DNA of 60,929 nucleotides, the filler included. It is 4 parts of 4 records of this genome, joined end to end, with 100 filler letters (N's around TTAATTAATTAA, not from the genome) between each part and the next. Parts side by side here need not be neighbours in the genome. Positions count along the whole stretch, not along the records: positions 14,899 to 36,819 come from SRR31156797_1576; positions 36,920 to 46,927 come from SRR31156797_1581; 2 more parts are not named here. One strand, given 5' to 3'. Position numbers and translations under genes: made by a program. A model generated the notes under the pieces. It ran no database searches. It saw only the letters and a program-made list of their open reading frames with translations, and was not told the origin of the DNA. Within the stretch, counting starts at the first letter, position 1; the number at the start of each line of letters is the position of its first letter. This document shows positions 29,979 through 39,439 of the stretch, one piece after another.

Positions 29979-30007
29979 ATTTTAGCTTAATGTGTGCCTT
30001 TTGTCAA
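29979..30007 (-). promoter_or_regulatory. sigma70 promoter of the BrnT-like operon (probably leaderless)
   Basis: Minus strand TTGACA (30007-30002), 17 nt, then TAAAAT (29984-29979). The ATG starts at 29972. Confidence 0.65.
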
Positions 30008-30072
30008 TAAATAAATTGTATGAGTTCACAATATATTACATCTATTTAATTCATATTATAATTAGTATACAA

Positions 30073-30101
30073 TTGACAGAGAAAAAATATTGTTATATAA
30101 T
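30073..30101 (+). promoter_or_regulatory. consensus sigma70 promoter of the antitoxin-mazF-STAND operon
   Basis: TTGACA (30073-30078), 17 nt, then TATAAT (30096-30101). Confidence 0.75.
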
Positions 30102-30125
30102 AAGATAAAAAATAAGGGAAATAAT

Positions 30126-30380
30126 ATGGTACAATCATTACAAAAATCTGAAAAAGTAACTATCACTATTCCTCATGAACTAAAAGAGAAACTAAAAGCC
30201 TTAAAAGATGAGTTTCAAACTACAACTTCTTCTATTTATAAAGAAGCCTTAGAAAACTATATAGATCAAAAAGAGATGGAAAAATGGCAAAAAGGTGCAA
30301 AACTAGCTTCAGAAGATAAAGAGTATATCTCTTTTGTAAATGAGCTTAGTAATGATAAAGGCGATATCTATGAATATTAA
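30126..30380 (+). CDS. ribbon-helix-helix antitoxin
   Basis: KVTITIPHELKEKL...SSIYKEALENYI RHH pattern. AAGGG RBS before ATG 30126. Overlaps the toxin start. Confidence 0.82.
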   Translation: MVQSLQKSEKVTITIPHELKEKLKALKDEFQTTTSSIYKEALENYIDQKEMEKWQKGAKLASEDKEYISFVNELSNDKGDIYEY

Positions 30381-30729
30381 TCAAGGGGAGATATGGGAGG
30401 TTGAGTTTTTTCCACAAGTTGGAAGTGAGATAGGTAAAAAACGACCAGCTCTTGTGGTAAGTCATGATATGATTGGAAAGCTTCCTTTAAAAACTATAGT
30501 ACCAATAACTGGATGGAATAAGAACTATAGTAATTATCCTTGGATGATTAAGATTACAAATGATGAACTTAATAGCCTTGATAAAGTATCTACTATAGAT
30601 TGTTTTCAAGTGAGAAATTTTTCTTATAAACGATTTGTGAAAAAAGTTGGAGTGGTTGATGTTGGTACTCTTGTGGATGTACATGAAACTATTTTAAAGA
30701 CTATGAATCCTAAGTATAAGATTTTATGA
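30370..30729 (+). CDS. PemK/MazF family toxin
   Basis: QGEIWEVEF.PQVGSEIGKKRPALVVS, IVPIT and DCFQVR. Confidence 0.92.
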   Translation: MNINQGEIWEVEFFPQVGSEIGKKRPALVVSHDMIGKLPLKTIVPITGWNKNYSNYPWMIKITNDELNSLDKVSTIDCFQVRNFSYKRFVKKVGVVDVGTLVDVHETILKTMNPKYKIL

Positions 30730-33071
30730 TAGATTATGATTTCTCAACATTAAATGATAAAGAGTTTGAAAATCTATCAATAGAACTTATTTCAAAAGAT
30801 AGGAATAAAAGATTTGAGAGGTTTAAAGCTGGGAAAGATGGTGGAATTGACGGGCGATATTACCATGAAAATGATACTCAAGAGATAGTTCAGTGCAAGC
30901 ATTATCTAAAAACAGGATTTGATGGACTTCTAAGATCATTAAAGAAAAAAAATGATAAAGGAATCAATGAAATAGATAAAGTTAATAGCTTAGATCCATC
31001 TAAATATATTTTTATCACATCATTACCTTTATCAGCTGAAAATAAAAAAACTATAAAAAAACTTTTTGATCCATATATTAACAATGACAACGATATTTAT
31101 GGACAAGAAGATTTAAATCAAATACTTGCAGAGTATACAGATATTGAAAAACGATACTATAAACTTTGGTTAAGTAGTACAGTTGTATTAGATAGAATCT
31201 TTAATAATGCTATTGAAAGTAGAAGTGAGTTTCTACTTGAAGATATAAAAGAAAATGCAAAATATTATGTAATAACTGAAAATCACAATAAAGCAATAGA
31301 AAAACTTGAGAGTTCTCATATTATTATTATTGCAGGTGAACCAGGAATTGGTAAAACTACGCTTGCAGAACATATAGCACTTTGGTATGTAGAAAAAGAT
31401 TTTAAATTTTATAATATTGAAAATTCAATAAATGAAGCTGAGAATGTTTATAAAAGAGATGAAAAACAGATATTTTATTTTGATGATTTTTTAGGTGCAA
31501 ACTATTTAAATGCAATAGAGGATAAAAAAGATTCTCATATTGTCAAATTTATGGAGAGAATTAAAAAAGATAAAACAAAAAGATTTATTTTAACTAGCAG
31601 AACAAATATCTTTAATCAGGGATTAGCTTTAAGTGATACTTTTAAAAGTAAGAATATAGAAAGTGAAGAGTTTTTAATACAAATAGAATCTTTGAAAGAT
31701 ATAGATAAGGCAATGATACTTTATAATCATATTTGGCATAGTAGTTTAGATGAAAAGTTTATAGATGAGATTTATTTTGATCAACGTTATTATAAAATAA
31801 TTTATCATAAAAATTTTAATCCACGTCTAATAGCTTTTATTACGGATAATCAAAAGCTACAAAAAGAAAATGTAAAGGAAATTGATTATTGGGGTTATAT
31901 AGTTGAAAAATTAGATAACCCACAAGATATTTGGAAAAATACTTTTGATAAACAATGTGATGAATTTACTCGTATTATAGTTTCTCTTGTTGTTTTTAAT
32001 GGAAATAGAATATCAGAAAAAGAACTTCAAAATGCTTATATGAAATATATAAAATTAGTGGTTGTTCATTATAGTTCTCATATGTCAAAAGACTTTGATA
32101 GTATAGAAGAAGTTGTAAAGTATTTTTTAAATAGATATAAAAGGCGTATAGGTTTAAAAACGTCAAATCGATATCCTTTTGATAAAAAAAAAGATATTAT
32201 TGAATATACTTTATTTAATCCTTCAATTGCCGATTTTGTAATTAATAAGTATATAAATAATTCCCAGACAGTATTCAAAAGTTTTATATCCTTAAGAACA
32301 GTTAGTTCTCTAGAAAATTTAGAAAGTTTATTTAAAAATAAAAAACTTAGTAGAGATATTTATAAAAGTATTATGCAGTATCTTTATAATGACATGGATA
32401 TTTCAATTACAAAAGGAGTAGATTATAATATACAACTTACTTATATGATTATAGTTAATAGTCCTTTATTAAAATTTGATACTAAAAAAATTTATTTGTT
32501 CTATCAAGATTGTATTGATAGTCCTAGAGTGTTTTCATATTTAGATAAGTTCATTACAACAATATGTAGATTGAAGAAAAAATCATTTAATATTAAAAGT
32601 TATGATTTTATTCATCAAATAATGGATAATGTTTTACATTTTGCTAATGAATTTAATTCTATCAATAAACTAATAGAATTAGTAGATTATTTTAAAATTA
32701 ACGATAAATATATTAATAGAGATATTAGTGAATTTATTGAATCCACATTAATTAGTGAATTATATTTTGAGCTAGATGATTTAACGAGTGATTCTTTTGA
32801 TATGGAAATAGATTATAATGGGGAAGTATATTCTATAACAAATCAGTTAGAAGAATATGCAAAACGATCTTATGATGAGTTAATAGAAAAAATTAGTTTA
32901 ATAGATGGAATCGATGTGAATCAAAGCTATGTTTTGGATAATTTAGAGATATATCATCATGAGGATAGAATTATTACTGAATATTATGAAAGTAGTATGA
33001 ACGAAGAAAATAATATTAATAATACATTTAAATATAACCAAAATAATATTGCTGATTTATTTGAGAGATAA
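30726..33071 (+). CDS. Mrr-like restriction endonuclease + STAND NTPase (nSTAND3-like), putative anti-phage protein
   Basis: EFENL...FERFKAGKDGGIDGR...VQCKHY nuclease, Walker A GEPGIGKTT, Walker B FYFDDFLG, ILTSR, ILYNH and FNPRLI. Confidence 0.82.
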   Translation: MIDYDFSTLNDKEFENLSIELISKDRNKRFERFKAGKDGGIDGRYYHENDTQEIVQCKHYLKTGFDGLLRSLKKKNDKGINEIDKVNSLDPSKYIFITSLPLSAENKKTIKKLFDPYINNDNDIYGQEDLNQILAEYTDIEKRYYKLWLSSTVVLDRIFNNAIESRSEFLLEDIKENAKYYVITENHNKAIEKLESSHIIIIAGEPGIGKTTLAEHIALWYVEKDFKFYNIENSINEAENVYKRDEKQIFYFDDFLGANYLNAIEDKKDSHIVKFMERIKKDKTKRFILTSRTNIFNQGLALSDTFKSKNIESEEFLIQIESLKDIDKAMILYNHIWHSSLDEKFIDEIYFDQRYYKIIYHKNFNPRLIAFITDNQKLQKENVKEIDYWGYIVEKLDNPQDIWKNTFDKQCDEFTRIIVSLVVFNGNRISEKELQNAYMKYIKLVVVHYSSHMSKDFDSIEEVVKYFLNRYKRRIGLKTSNRYPFDKKKDIIEYTLFNPSIADFVINKYINNSQTVFKSFISLRTVSSLENLESLFKNKKLSRDIYKSIMQYLYNDMDISITKGVDYNIQLTYMIIVNSPLLKFDTKKIYLFYQDCIDSPRVFSYLDKFITTICRLKKKSFNIKSYDFIHQIMDNVLHFANEFNSINKLIELVDYFKINDKYINRDISEFIESTLISELYFELDDLTSDSFDMEIDYNGEVYSITNQLEEYAKRSYDELIEKISLIDGIDVNQSYVLDNLEIYHHEDRIITEYYESSMNEENNINNTFKYNQNNIADLFER

Positions 33072-33073
33072 TA

Positions 33074-34252
33074 GTGAATATAAAACTTTTAAACAAAAAC
33101 AAAAACTCAAATATCCTCCTAGCAGGAATCCTAAGCATTATAGTAGGAGTAGGTGTAGCGCGTTTTGCTTTTACTACACTTTTACCTCCTATGCTAGAAG
33201 ATTTCTTAAGTGTAAAATACGCTGGGCTTTTTGCTTCGGTAAATTATGCAGGGTATTTAAGTGGCGCAGTGTTTAGTGTTTTTTTACAAGATATAAATGC
33301 CAAGGTAAAGTTCTTTCGTATAGGGATAGTTCTTAGTATCTTGACCACACTTATCTTAGCTACAACTACCAATGAGACTTTATGGTTTATCTCTCGTATC
33401 TTAGCAGGGTTTGGAAGTGCTATGGTTCTTATAGTTGGTGGAGCTATTGTGATGGTGAAGTTAAATTATGAAGACAAGACCAAAGCGATGGGGATACATT
33501 TTACGGGGATCGGATTTGCTATCACTATTAGTGAGTTGATCTCACAAGGGACTATGGCGTATGGAAGTTGGAGGGATGCTTGGATGGTGTTGACTCTTTT
33601 TGCTTTTGTAGTTTCGTTTTATATTGTGTATATCCTTTCTTTTGATAAGGAGCTAAAACAAAGTGCTTCAAAACATAAGGTATCAAAATCTATGTTTACT
33701 CCTTATGTGATCTTACTTATCTTAGCGTATTTTACTGCAGGGGTTAGCTTTGTCGTTCAAGCGACATTTTTTCCTGATATTATCAATTCACTTGAAGGGT
33801 TAGAGGGATATGGTAGTTTAGGGTGGTTGATGGTTGGTCTTGCTGGTATCCCTTCGGCTATTATTTGGATGCGATTAGCTCATCGGTTTAATACTGTAGA
33901 TGTGATCATTATCACTTTTATATTACAGATAGTGGGTATTCTTATCCCAACACTTACCAATGATATCTATCTAAACCTTCTAAGTGGAGCATTGTATGGA
34001 AGTACCTTTATCGCTCATGTGGCTTTATTTATGAACTATGGTGGAAAGTTAGCGGGGAAAAATCCTGTGATATTTATGGGTGCGATGACTGCTGCGTATG
34101 GGATAGGGCAGGTAGCAGCACCTCTTTATAGTGTCTACTTTTTTGAGAAGTTTGGAAACTATGATATGGCACTTTATATTACTGCTTTGATCGCTTTTAT
34201 AGGGATACTCTTTTTACTTTTTGCAAAGAGACTAACGCCTAAGAGCCTTTAA
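33074..34252 (+). CDS. YbfB/YjiJ family MFS transporter
   Basis: GVARFAFTTLLP.M, ASVNYAGYLSGA and about 12 hydrophobic segments. Confidence 0.9.
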   Translation: MNIKLLNKNKNSNILLAGILSIIVGVGVARFAFTTLLPPMLEDFLSVKYAGLFASVNYAGYLSGAVFSVFLQDINAKVKFFRIGIVLSILTTLILATTTNETLWFISRILAGFGSAMVLIVGGAIVMVKLNYEDKTKAMGIHFTGIGFAITISELISQGTMAYGSWRDAWMVLTLFAFVVSFYIVYILSFDKELKQSASKHKVSKSMFTPYVILLILAYFTAGVSFVVQATFFPDIINSLEGLEGYGSLGWLMVGLAGIPSAIIWMRLAHRFNTVDVIIITFILQIVGILIPTLTNDIYLNLLSGALYGSTFIAHVALFMNYGGKLAGKNPVIFMGAMTAAYGIGQVAAPLYSVYFFEKFGNYDMALYITALIAFIGILFLLFAKRLTPKSL

Positions 34253-34873
34253 AATATCATCTTTATAGGCTTGTGCCACAAAATCATATGAGAGTATCTC
34301 TTCGATAAGTTTTTCATCACTTGGTGGCTTATGAAGATAGACACTCATATCATACATTGGGATATTTGTAAGTCTCTGCTTTAAAACCATTGGGTTTTTA
34401 CTATCTATTGTTCCACTTTTAAGTATCTTTACATACCATCCTGTAGCATGGTTTCTTACTATATATTTATTGATCTCTTTATCAAAAATCACACCGATTT
34501 TCCAGCATGGTTGCCTTGGTTGGGTGACTTGTATCTCAACTTCACCTATAGTGTAGATATCTCCTACACAGATATCTTTTTCATCAAAGGAGTCGATAAA
34601 GATATTGCACCCAAAACTTAGCTTATCAAGAGGAGTTTCCGAGTTGTCTTGAAACCTTTGAAAGTGAAGAGCTGATCCTATATGGATCGCTTTTTCTTCC
34701 CCTCCATGGAACCTTTTATCCACTTGAAAATCCCCTTTGAGTCCTAGGGCATTTACTTCTATAGAGTCAAAAAATTGATCTTTTTTATAAGCACTTTCAA
34801 ACTCTTCATTTTTTGATTTTCTGAAATATGGTTTGGCTTTACCTGTTGCTATACTAATAATATTTGCTTCCAT
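34232..34873 (-). CDS. MOSC domain protein (YiiM-like)
   Basis: GD.QVDKRFHGG.EKA, QPRQPCWK and TGWY. Confidence 0.9.
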   Translation of the reverse strand: MEANIISIATGKAKPYFRKSKNEEFESAYKKDQFFDSIEVNALGLKGDFQVDKRFHGGEEKAIHIGSALHFQRFQDNSETPLDKLSFGCNIFIDSFDEKDICVGDIYTIGEVEIQVTQPRQPCWKIGVIFDKEINKYIVRNHATGWYVKILKSGTIDSKNPMVLKQRLTNIPMYDMSVYLHKPPSDEKLIEEILSYDFVAQAYKDDILKALRR

Positions 34874-34876
34874 TTT

Positions 34877-35506
34877 TTACCTTTGTATAAATAGTAGTTT
34901 AAGTCCTAGTCCAAGAAGAACAAAGGAGGTCAAGAGATTGAGTTTTGAAACGATTGCAGGGTTTTGACGAAGTTTTAGGCTTAGTCTATTTCCCATGTAA
35001 GCAATCATTGAAAATGTAATTATAGTACTTATTATAAATATTATTCCTAAAATGATCATTTGAAAAGAGATATTTCCAAGATTTGGATTTACAAATTGTG
35101 GTAATAAGGCTAGAAAAAATAAAGCAACTTTAGGATTTAAAAGATTCATAAAAAAACCTTTTATATAAAGTCTCTTTAGATGAATAGAAGAGTTTTTACC
35201 TTCTAAGTCAAGTTTTTCATCTTTATGTTTAAAAGCTTGATAGGCTAGATAGATAAGATATAAAGCTCCTAAGTATTTTACTATATCAAAGGCAAGTTCA
35301 GAGGTTTGAAAGATGATAGATATCCCAAAAGTTGCTCCAAGGGTATGAATAATAATCCCTGTACATAATCCAAGAATTGTAATAAAAGCAGTTTTAAATC
35401 GATTGGTTATACTAAGAGTGAGTATATAAATATTATCAGGTCCTGGAGCTAAAGCTAAAAGAAAAGAACTTATGGTAAAAAGAAAAATTAAGTTGATATC
35501 TAACAT
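34877..35506 (-). CDS. LysE/RhtB family translocator
   Basis: PGPDN, KYLGALYLIYL and NLLNPKVALFFLA.LPQF. Confidence 0.92.
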   Translation of the reverse strand: MLDINLIFLFTISSFLLALAPGPDNIYILTLSITNRFKTAFITILGLCTGIIIHTLGATFGISIIFQTSELAFDIVKYLGALYLIYLAYQAFKHKDEKLDLEGKNSSIHLKRLYIKGFFMNLLNPKVALFFLALLPQFVNPNLGNISFQMIILGIIFIISTIITFSMIAYMGNRLSLKLRQNPAIVSKLNLLTSFVLLGLGLKLLFIQR

Positions 35507-35549
35507 AGTATTGTTATTGTAACAAAACTGAACTACAAAAGGAGTAAAG

Positions 35550-36647
35550 ATGAAACTATTACAGATTATAACTTTTTTGCTGATGAGTATAAATATACTA
35601 GGTGCTGTTGAATATAAATTGACAAAAATAGTATCAGGGTTAAATGCCCCTTGGGGGATGGCATTTTTAGATGAAAAGGTGATGCTTATTACAGGAAAAT
35701 ATGGAGATATCTCTTTATTAGATATGAAGAATAATTCAATAACAGCTTTAAAAAATACTCCAAAGATCTTTCAAAAAGGGCAAGGGGGACTTTTAGATAT
35801 TCAGCTCTCACCCAATTATAAAAATGATGGCTGGATATATGTTACTTATGTAAAAGAACAAAGTAGACAAGGGGTTACAGTCCTTTCTCGAGGAAAATTA
35901 AAAGATGATAGTTTTTATAATTGGCAAGAGCTTTTAGTCACAAAGTCTGCTACTGATACTGGAGTACATTTTGGAAGTAGAATTACCTTTGATAAAGATG
36001 GGTTTCTTTATTTTGGAGTAGGAGATCGTGGTCATCGTCCAAATGGACAACATACTTCTACTCATGCGGGAACTATTATGAGACTTCACCTTGATGGAAC
36101 TGTTCCAAAAGACAATCCTTTTGTAGGAAGTGATGGACTAGATGAGATATATAGCTATGGGCATAGAAACCCACAGGGTTTAGTGTATGATAAGACAAGA
36201 GATATCCTCTTTGAATGTGAACATGGTCCTCGTGGTGGAGATGAGATCAATATTATTCAAAAAGGGAAAAATTATGGTTGGGCGAGAGTTTCCCATGGGA
36301 AAGAGTATTGGAATTTTTCAGATGTGGGAGAAGCAAAAAGTTTAAAAGGGATGGAGGATCCTATAAAAATCTATATCCCATCTATTGCACCAAGTTCTTT
36401 GATGGTGTATAGTGGTAAACTCTTTCCACAGTGGAAAGGGGATCTTTTTTTAGGAGCTTTAGCTTTAAAACATTTAAACCATATAGTTTTAGATGAGAAG
36501 CTACAAGTAAAAGAAGAAAAAAGATATTTTGAAGACCTTGATAAAAGGATTCGAAATGTAGTTGAATCACCTAAAGGATATATCTATTTTGCAACAGATA
36601 GTGGAGAGATATATAAAATCTCTCCTACCACTCAAACTGAAAAGTAG
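35550..36647 (+). CDS. PQQ-dependent sugar dehydrogenase (YliI-like)
   Basis: Signal peptide, GQGGLLD, HFGSRI, SYGHRNPQG and EHGPRGGDEIN. Confidence 0.92.
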   Translation: MKLLQIITFLLMSINILGAVEYKLTKIVSGLNAPWGMAFLDEKVMLITGKYGDISLLDMKNNSITALKNTPKIFQKGQGGLLDIQLSPNYKNDGWIYVTYVKEQSRQGVTVLSRGKLKDDSFYNWQELLVTKSATDTGVHFGSRITFDKDGFLYFGVGDRGHRPNGQHTSTHAGTIMRLHLDGTVPKDNPFVGSDGLDEIYSYGHRNPQGLVYDKTRDILFECEHGPRGGDEINIIQKGKNYGWARVSHGKEYWNFSDVGEAKSLKGMEDPIKIYIPSIAPSSLMVYSGKLFPQWKGDLFLGALALKHLNHIVLDEKLQVKEEKRYFEDLDKRIRNVVESPKGYIYFATDSGEIYKISPTTQTEK

Positions 36648-36819
36648 TGTGGACTATCTTATACTTCTCTTTTAGATCATGATTGATCTCAGATAAAAGT
36701 TTCTCATAGTTATCAAGGGAACTTTTATCGATCTTCACATGAGCTGTCATATTATACATATCCCCAGTAATCTCCCAGATATGTACATCGTGAAGTTCTA
36801 TCACTTCCTCATGCTTTTC
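36625..36819 (-). CDS. cation diffusion facilitator (CzcD/ZitB-like), C-terminal part (partial)
   Basis: Manual translation EKHEEVIELHDVHIWEITGDMYNMTAHV...YKIVHTTFQFEW*. Confidence 0.8.
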   Translation of the reverse strand, partial: EKHEEVIELHDVHIWEITGDMYNMTAHVKIDKSSLDNYEKLLSEINHDLKEKYKIVHTTFQFEW

Positions 36820-36919
36820 NNNNNNNNNNNNNNNNNNNNNNNNNNNNNNNNNNNNNNNNNNNNTTAATTAATTAANNNNNNNNNNNNNNNNNNNNNNNNN
36901 NNNNNNNNNNNNNNNNNNN
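36820..36919. other. artificial contig linker
   Basis: 44 N + TTAATTAATTAA + 44 N. Confidence 0.99.
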
Positions 36920-36940
36920 AACCAACCCGACAAGTGGCTG

Positions 36941-38083
36941 TCAGCACGACGGAGAAGCCATTACGTTGAATCGTGTCAGGGCTTCTTCCGTTAACGTTGT
37001 TCCCGCCCCACTTAGCCTTGGTTTCTTCAAACACCCATCGACAATGGTCACCGGATCGACAAAACAATCGCGCATCCACGGAAGGTTTTCCAACATGCTC
37101 ACTCCTGGGTGAGAAATGCTGAGATGGGCGTGAACCTGCATCATGTCTCCGCTATGCGAACACACAGGCAACCCGTTGGCATGCGCGAGATCAGCAACGT
37201 GGAGCCATTCCGTGATGCCAGCCAATCTTACCGCATCGGGCTGGACGTAATGAACAGCTCCAGCCCCGATGAATTCACGAAAGTGATTCAAGAGATAGAG
37301 TTGTTCGCCAAGCGCAATGGGAATTCCCTGTGACCGAGCCAGTCTTGCATGCCCTTCAAGGTTGTCAAACCAAAGCGGCTCCTCGATCCAGGTTATGTCC
37401 AAATCACGAATTTCCCGGCAAAACCGTAGCGCGGTAGGAAAATCCCAGCGACCGTTGCCATCGATCATCAACATAATATCGGGTGAGATCGCCTTGCGAA
37501 CGGCAGTGATCCTTTTGACATCGTCCAACGGATCCGGACTACCGAATTTGATCTTCACTCCCTTGAATCCATGTTCGGCGATTCCGGCCAACGCATCGTC
37601 GATCATTTGTTCGACCGACCAGTTCAGCCATCCAGCGTCGGTATTGTAGATTGCCACTTTCTTGTCTCCGCCGCCCAGCAATTGCCATAGCGGCTGATCG
37701 GCAGCCTTGGCCTTGATGTCCCATAACGCGATATCCACGGCAGCCAGTGCCAAATGCATGATGCCGCCGCGCCCGACATACTGCAGTGGCGGATAGTGAA
37801 ACAGATCCTGCCAGATTTGCCGCACCTCGTCAGGATTGCGCCCCAGGATCAACGGTCCATAACAATTTTCGATGGCTTCAATGATCAGGCGGTCGCTTTC
37901 GAGATGGCCCTGCGTTCCCGTGAATCCGTAGCCTGTCACCCCATCGTCGGTGTGCAGGATCACACCAGGCGCCGAACGATGGGTCACCGAGAAAGTGCTG
38001 TCAGTGATGCGCCCCCGCGTCACGGGAACGTGCAGGACAAACGTCTCGATCCTTTCGATCTTCATATCCGTGGTCCTTACCAT
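36941..38083 (-). CDS. mandelate racemase/muconate lactonizing enzyme (enolase superfamily) protein
   Basis: AVDIALWD, KIK, DGNG, EEP, GEQ, QPD and terminal His ligand pattern. Confidence 0.92.
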   Translation of the reverse strand: MVRTTDMKIERIETFVLHVPVTRGRITDSTFSVTHRSAPGVILHTDDGVTGYGFTGTQGHLESDRLIIEAIENCYGPLILGRNPDEVRQIWQDLFHYPPLQYVGRGGIMHLALAAVDIALWDIKAKAADQPLWQLLGGGDKKVAIYNTDAGWLNWSVEQMIDDALAGIAEHGFKGVKIKFGSPDPLDDVKRITAVRKAISPDIMLMIDGNGRWDFPTALRFCREIRDLDITWIEEPLWFDNLEGHARLARSQGIPIALGEQLYLLNHFREFIGAGAVHYVQPDAVRLAGITEWLHVADLAHANGLPVCSHSGDMMQVHAHLSISHPGVSMLENLPWMRDCFVDPVTIVDGCLKKPRLSGAGTTLTEEALTRFNVMASPSC

Positions 38084-38152
38084 TTCTTCACCACGTGAGA
38101 CGCGGGAAGGAGTGGGGTCTTCGTCCGCATTCGGGTCGACCGGAATGAAATG

Positions 38153-38560
38153 CTATTCGGGGGCCTTTTCACGAAGTTCAACCGATACGCCGCGCATTGA
38201 TTTCGGATGCAGGAACGCCGCCAGACCATGCGGGCTGCTCCATGCCGTTCGATCTACTAGGCGCATCCCCAGGTCAGCCAGGCGACCCAATTCCTTCTGA
38301 ATATCCTTCACCTCAAGACAAATATGGAGGATTCCCTCGCCTCTCTTTTCGATGACGCGATGCAGTGGACAGTCGTCTGCAATCGGCTGGATGAGTTCTA
38401 CTTCGTCGTTGCCGACTCTAAGAAACTGCACTCGAACGCCCTGATCAGGCAGGTCGGTGGGCTCGCCAACCACTTCGAACCCAAGACCGAGATAAAGGCC
38501 CCGAGCCTCCTCCAAGTCGGTTACGACGATTCCGACGTGATCGATTCCCAGCACTGACAT
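38153..38560 (-). CDS. methylmalonyl-CoA epimerase-like VOC protein
   Basis: IDHVGIVV, ELIQP, GEGILHIC and FLHPKS..GV.VEL. Start ATG 38560 has a GGAG RBS. Confidence 0.88.
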   Translation of the reverse strand: MSVLGIDHVGIVVTDLEEARGLYLGLGFEVVGEPTDLPDQGVRVQFLRVGNDEVELIQPIADDCPLHRVIEKRGEGILHICLEVKDIQKELGRLADLGMRLVDRTAWSSPHGLAAFLHPKSMRGVSVELREKAPE

Positions 38561-38626
38561 TAGCTTCCTCCATCTCACCCCTAAATCCACAGCTTGGCAG
38601 GCTGCCGATAAACTCTGAAGAGGCCG

Positions 38627-39439
38627 CTAGGCCCGAATCAGCATTTGATGACGGTCGATTTTCTCGCGGATCAAAAGCAGATCCTCCGACCTAGGTTCAG
38701 GTGTTGTCTTGACCGTATCCGGAATGACCGGCGTGAATGCCATCAGATCGCAGACCTCCTCGCGGGTGACGCCGGGGTGCAGGCTTTGAAGACGCATCCT
38801 TTTGGATTGTCCATCGAAGTCGAAGACCGCTTTGTCGGTGACGACGGCCCACGGCCCGGGCCCGGGAAGGCCCCAATCCTCTCTGGCACGTTCGCCGCCA
38901 CCGTGGCCAACGCTGGTTATGTAGTCGACCCGTTCGACAAATGTTCGTCGATTCAGGTCGCAGATGATGATCGGGTGTCGCACAAAGGCCAGATGTTCAG
39001 GTTGGGCAAGGCAGCCAACCAAGCGAACTTTCGGATGCGCCTGGTCGCCGATCAACGTGATGTTGAGATTGCCGAACTGGTCAACCTGAGCGGCCGACTC
39101 AAAGGACACGTCGAAATCGCCCCGCATCAGCATGTCGAGCTTCTGCCCGGTGTCGGAGAGGGCTGCGGCGGCCGGCCAGCGCGTATAGGTGTCCTGGAGA
39201 GAACTTTCCGGAATATCGTCGAGGTCCGGACTGAGGAGATTGCCCCAATAGATAGTGAAATCCGGGGCGTGTCGCATTTGGGCAAGTCGCGCCGCAACGA
39301 TGGGAATGCCGACGGCAAGCGTGAACGCTCGCCCGGCGGTACCGATCCCAACGAATCCGAGCTCATCGTTCCTGAGCATCCCGGATACGGTCGCCGCCAT
39401 AAGTTCGTTAAGGGTGTAGTCCGCTATCTTGCCGCTCAT
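38627..39439 (-). CDS. family I CoA-transferase-like beta subunit (GctB-like)
   Basis: FVGIG, AQVDQFGNLN, FVERVDYITS and VVTDKAVFDF. The canonical ESG site reads YWG. Confidence 0.85.
   Translation of the reverse strand: MSGKIADYTLNELMAATVSGMLRNDELGFVGIGTAGRAFTLAVGIPIVAARLAQMRHAPDFTIYWGNLLSPDLDDIPESSLQDTYTRWPAAAALSDTGQKLDMLMRGDFDVSFESAAQVDQFGNLNITLIGDQAHPKVRLVGCLAQPEHLAFVRHPIIICDLNRRTFVERVDYITSVGHGGGERAREDWGLPGPGPWAVVTDKAVFDFDGQSKRMRLQSLHPGVTREEVCDLMAFTPVIPDTVKTTPEPRSEDLLLIREKIDRHQMLIRA

Noticed and set aside
19626-33071. Island considered as a prophage, pipolin or integron
   Set aside because: No integrase, att/attC sites or structural genes seen, and the PolB lacks evident protein-primed or piPolB hallmarks by eye.
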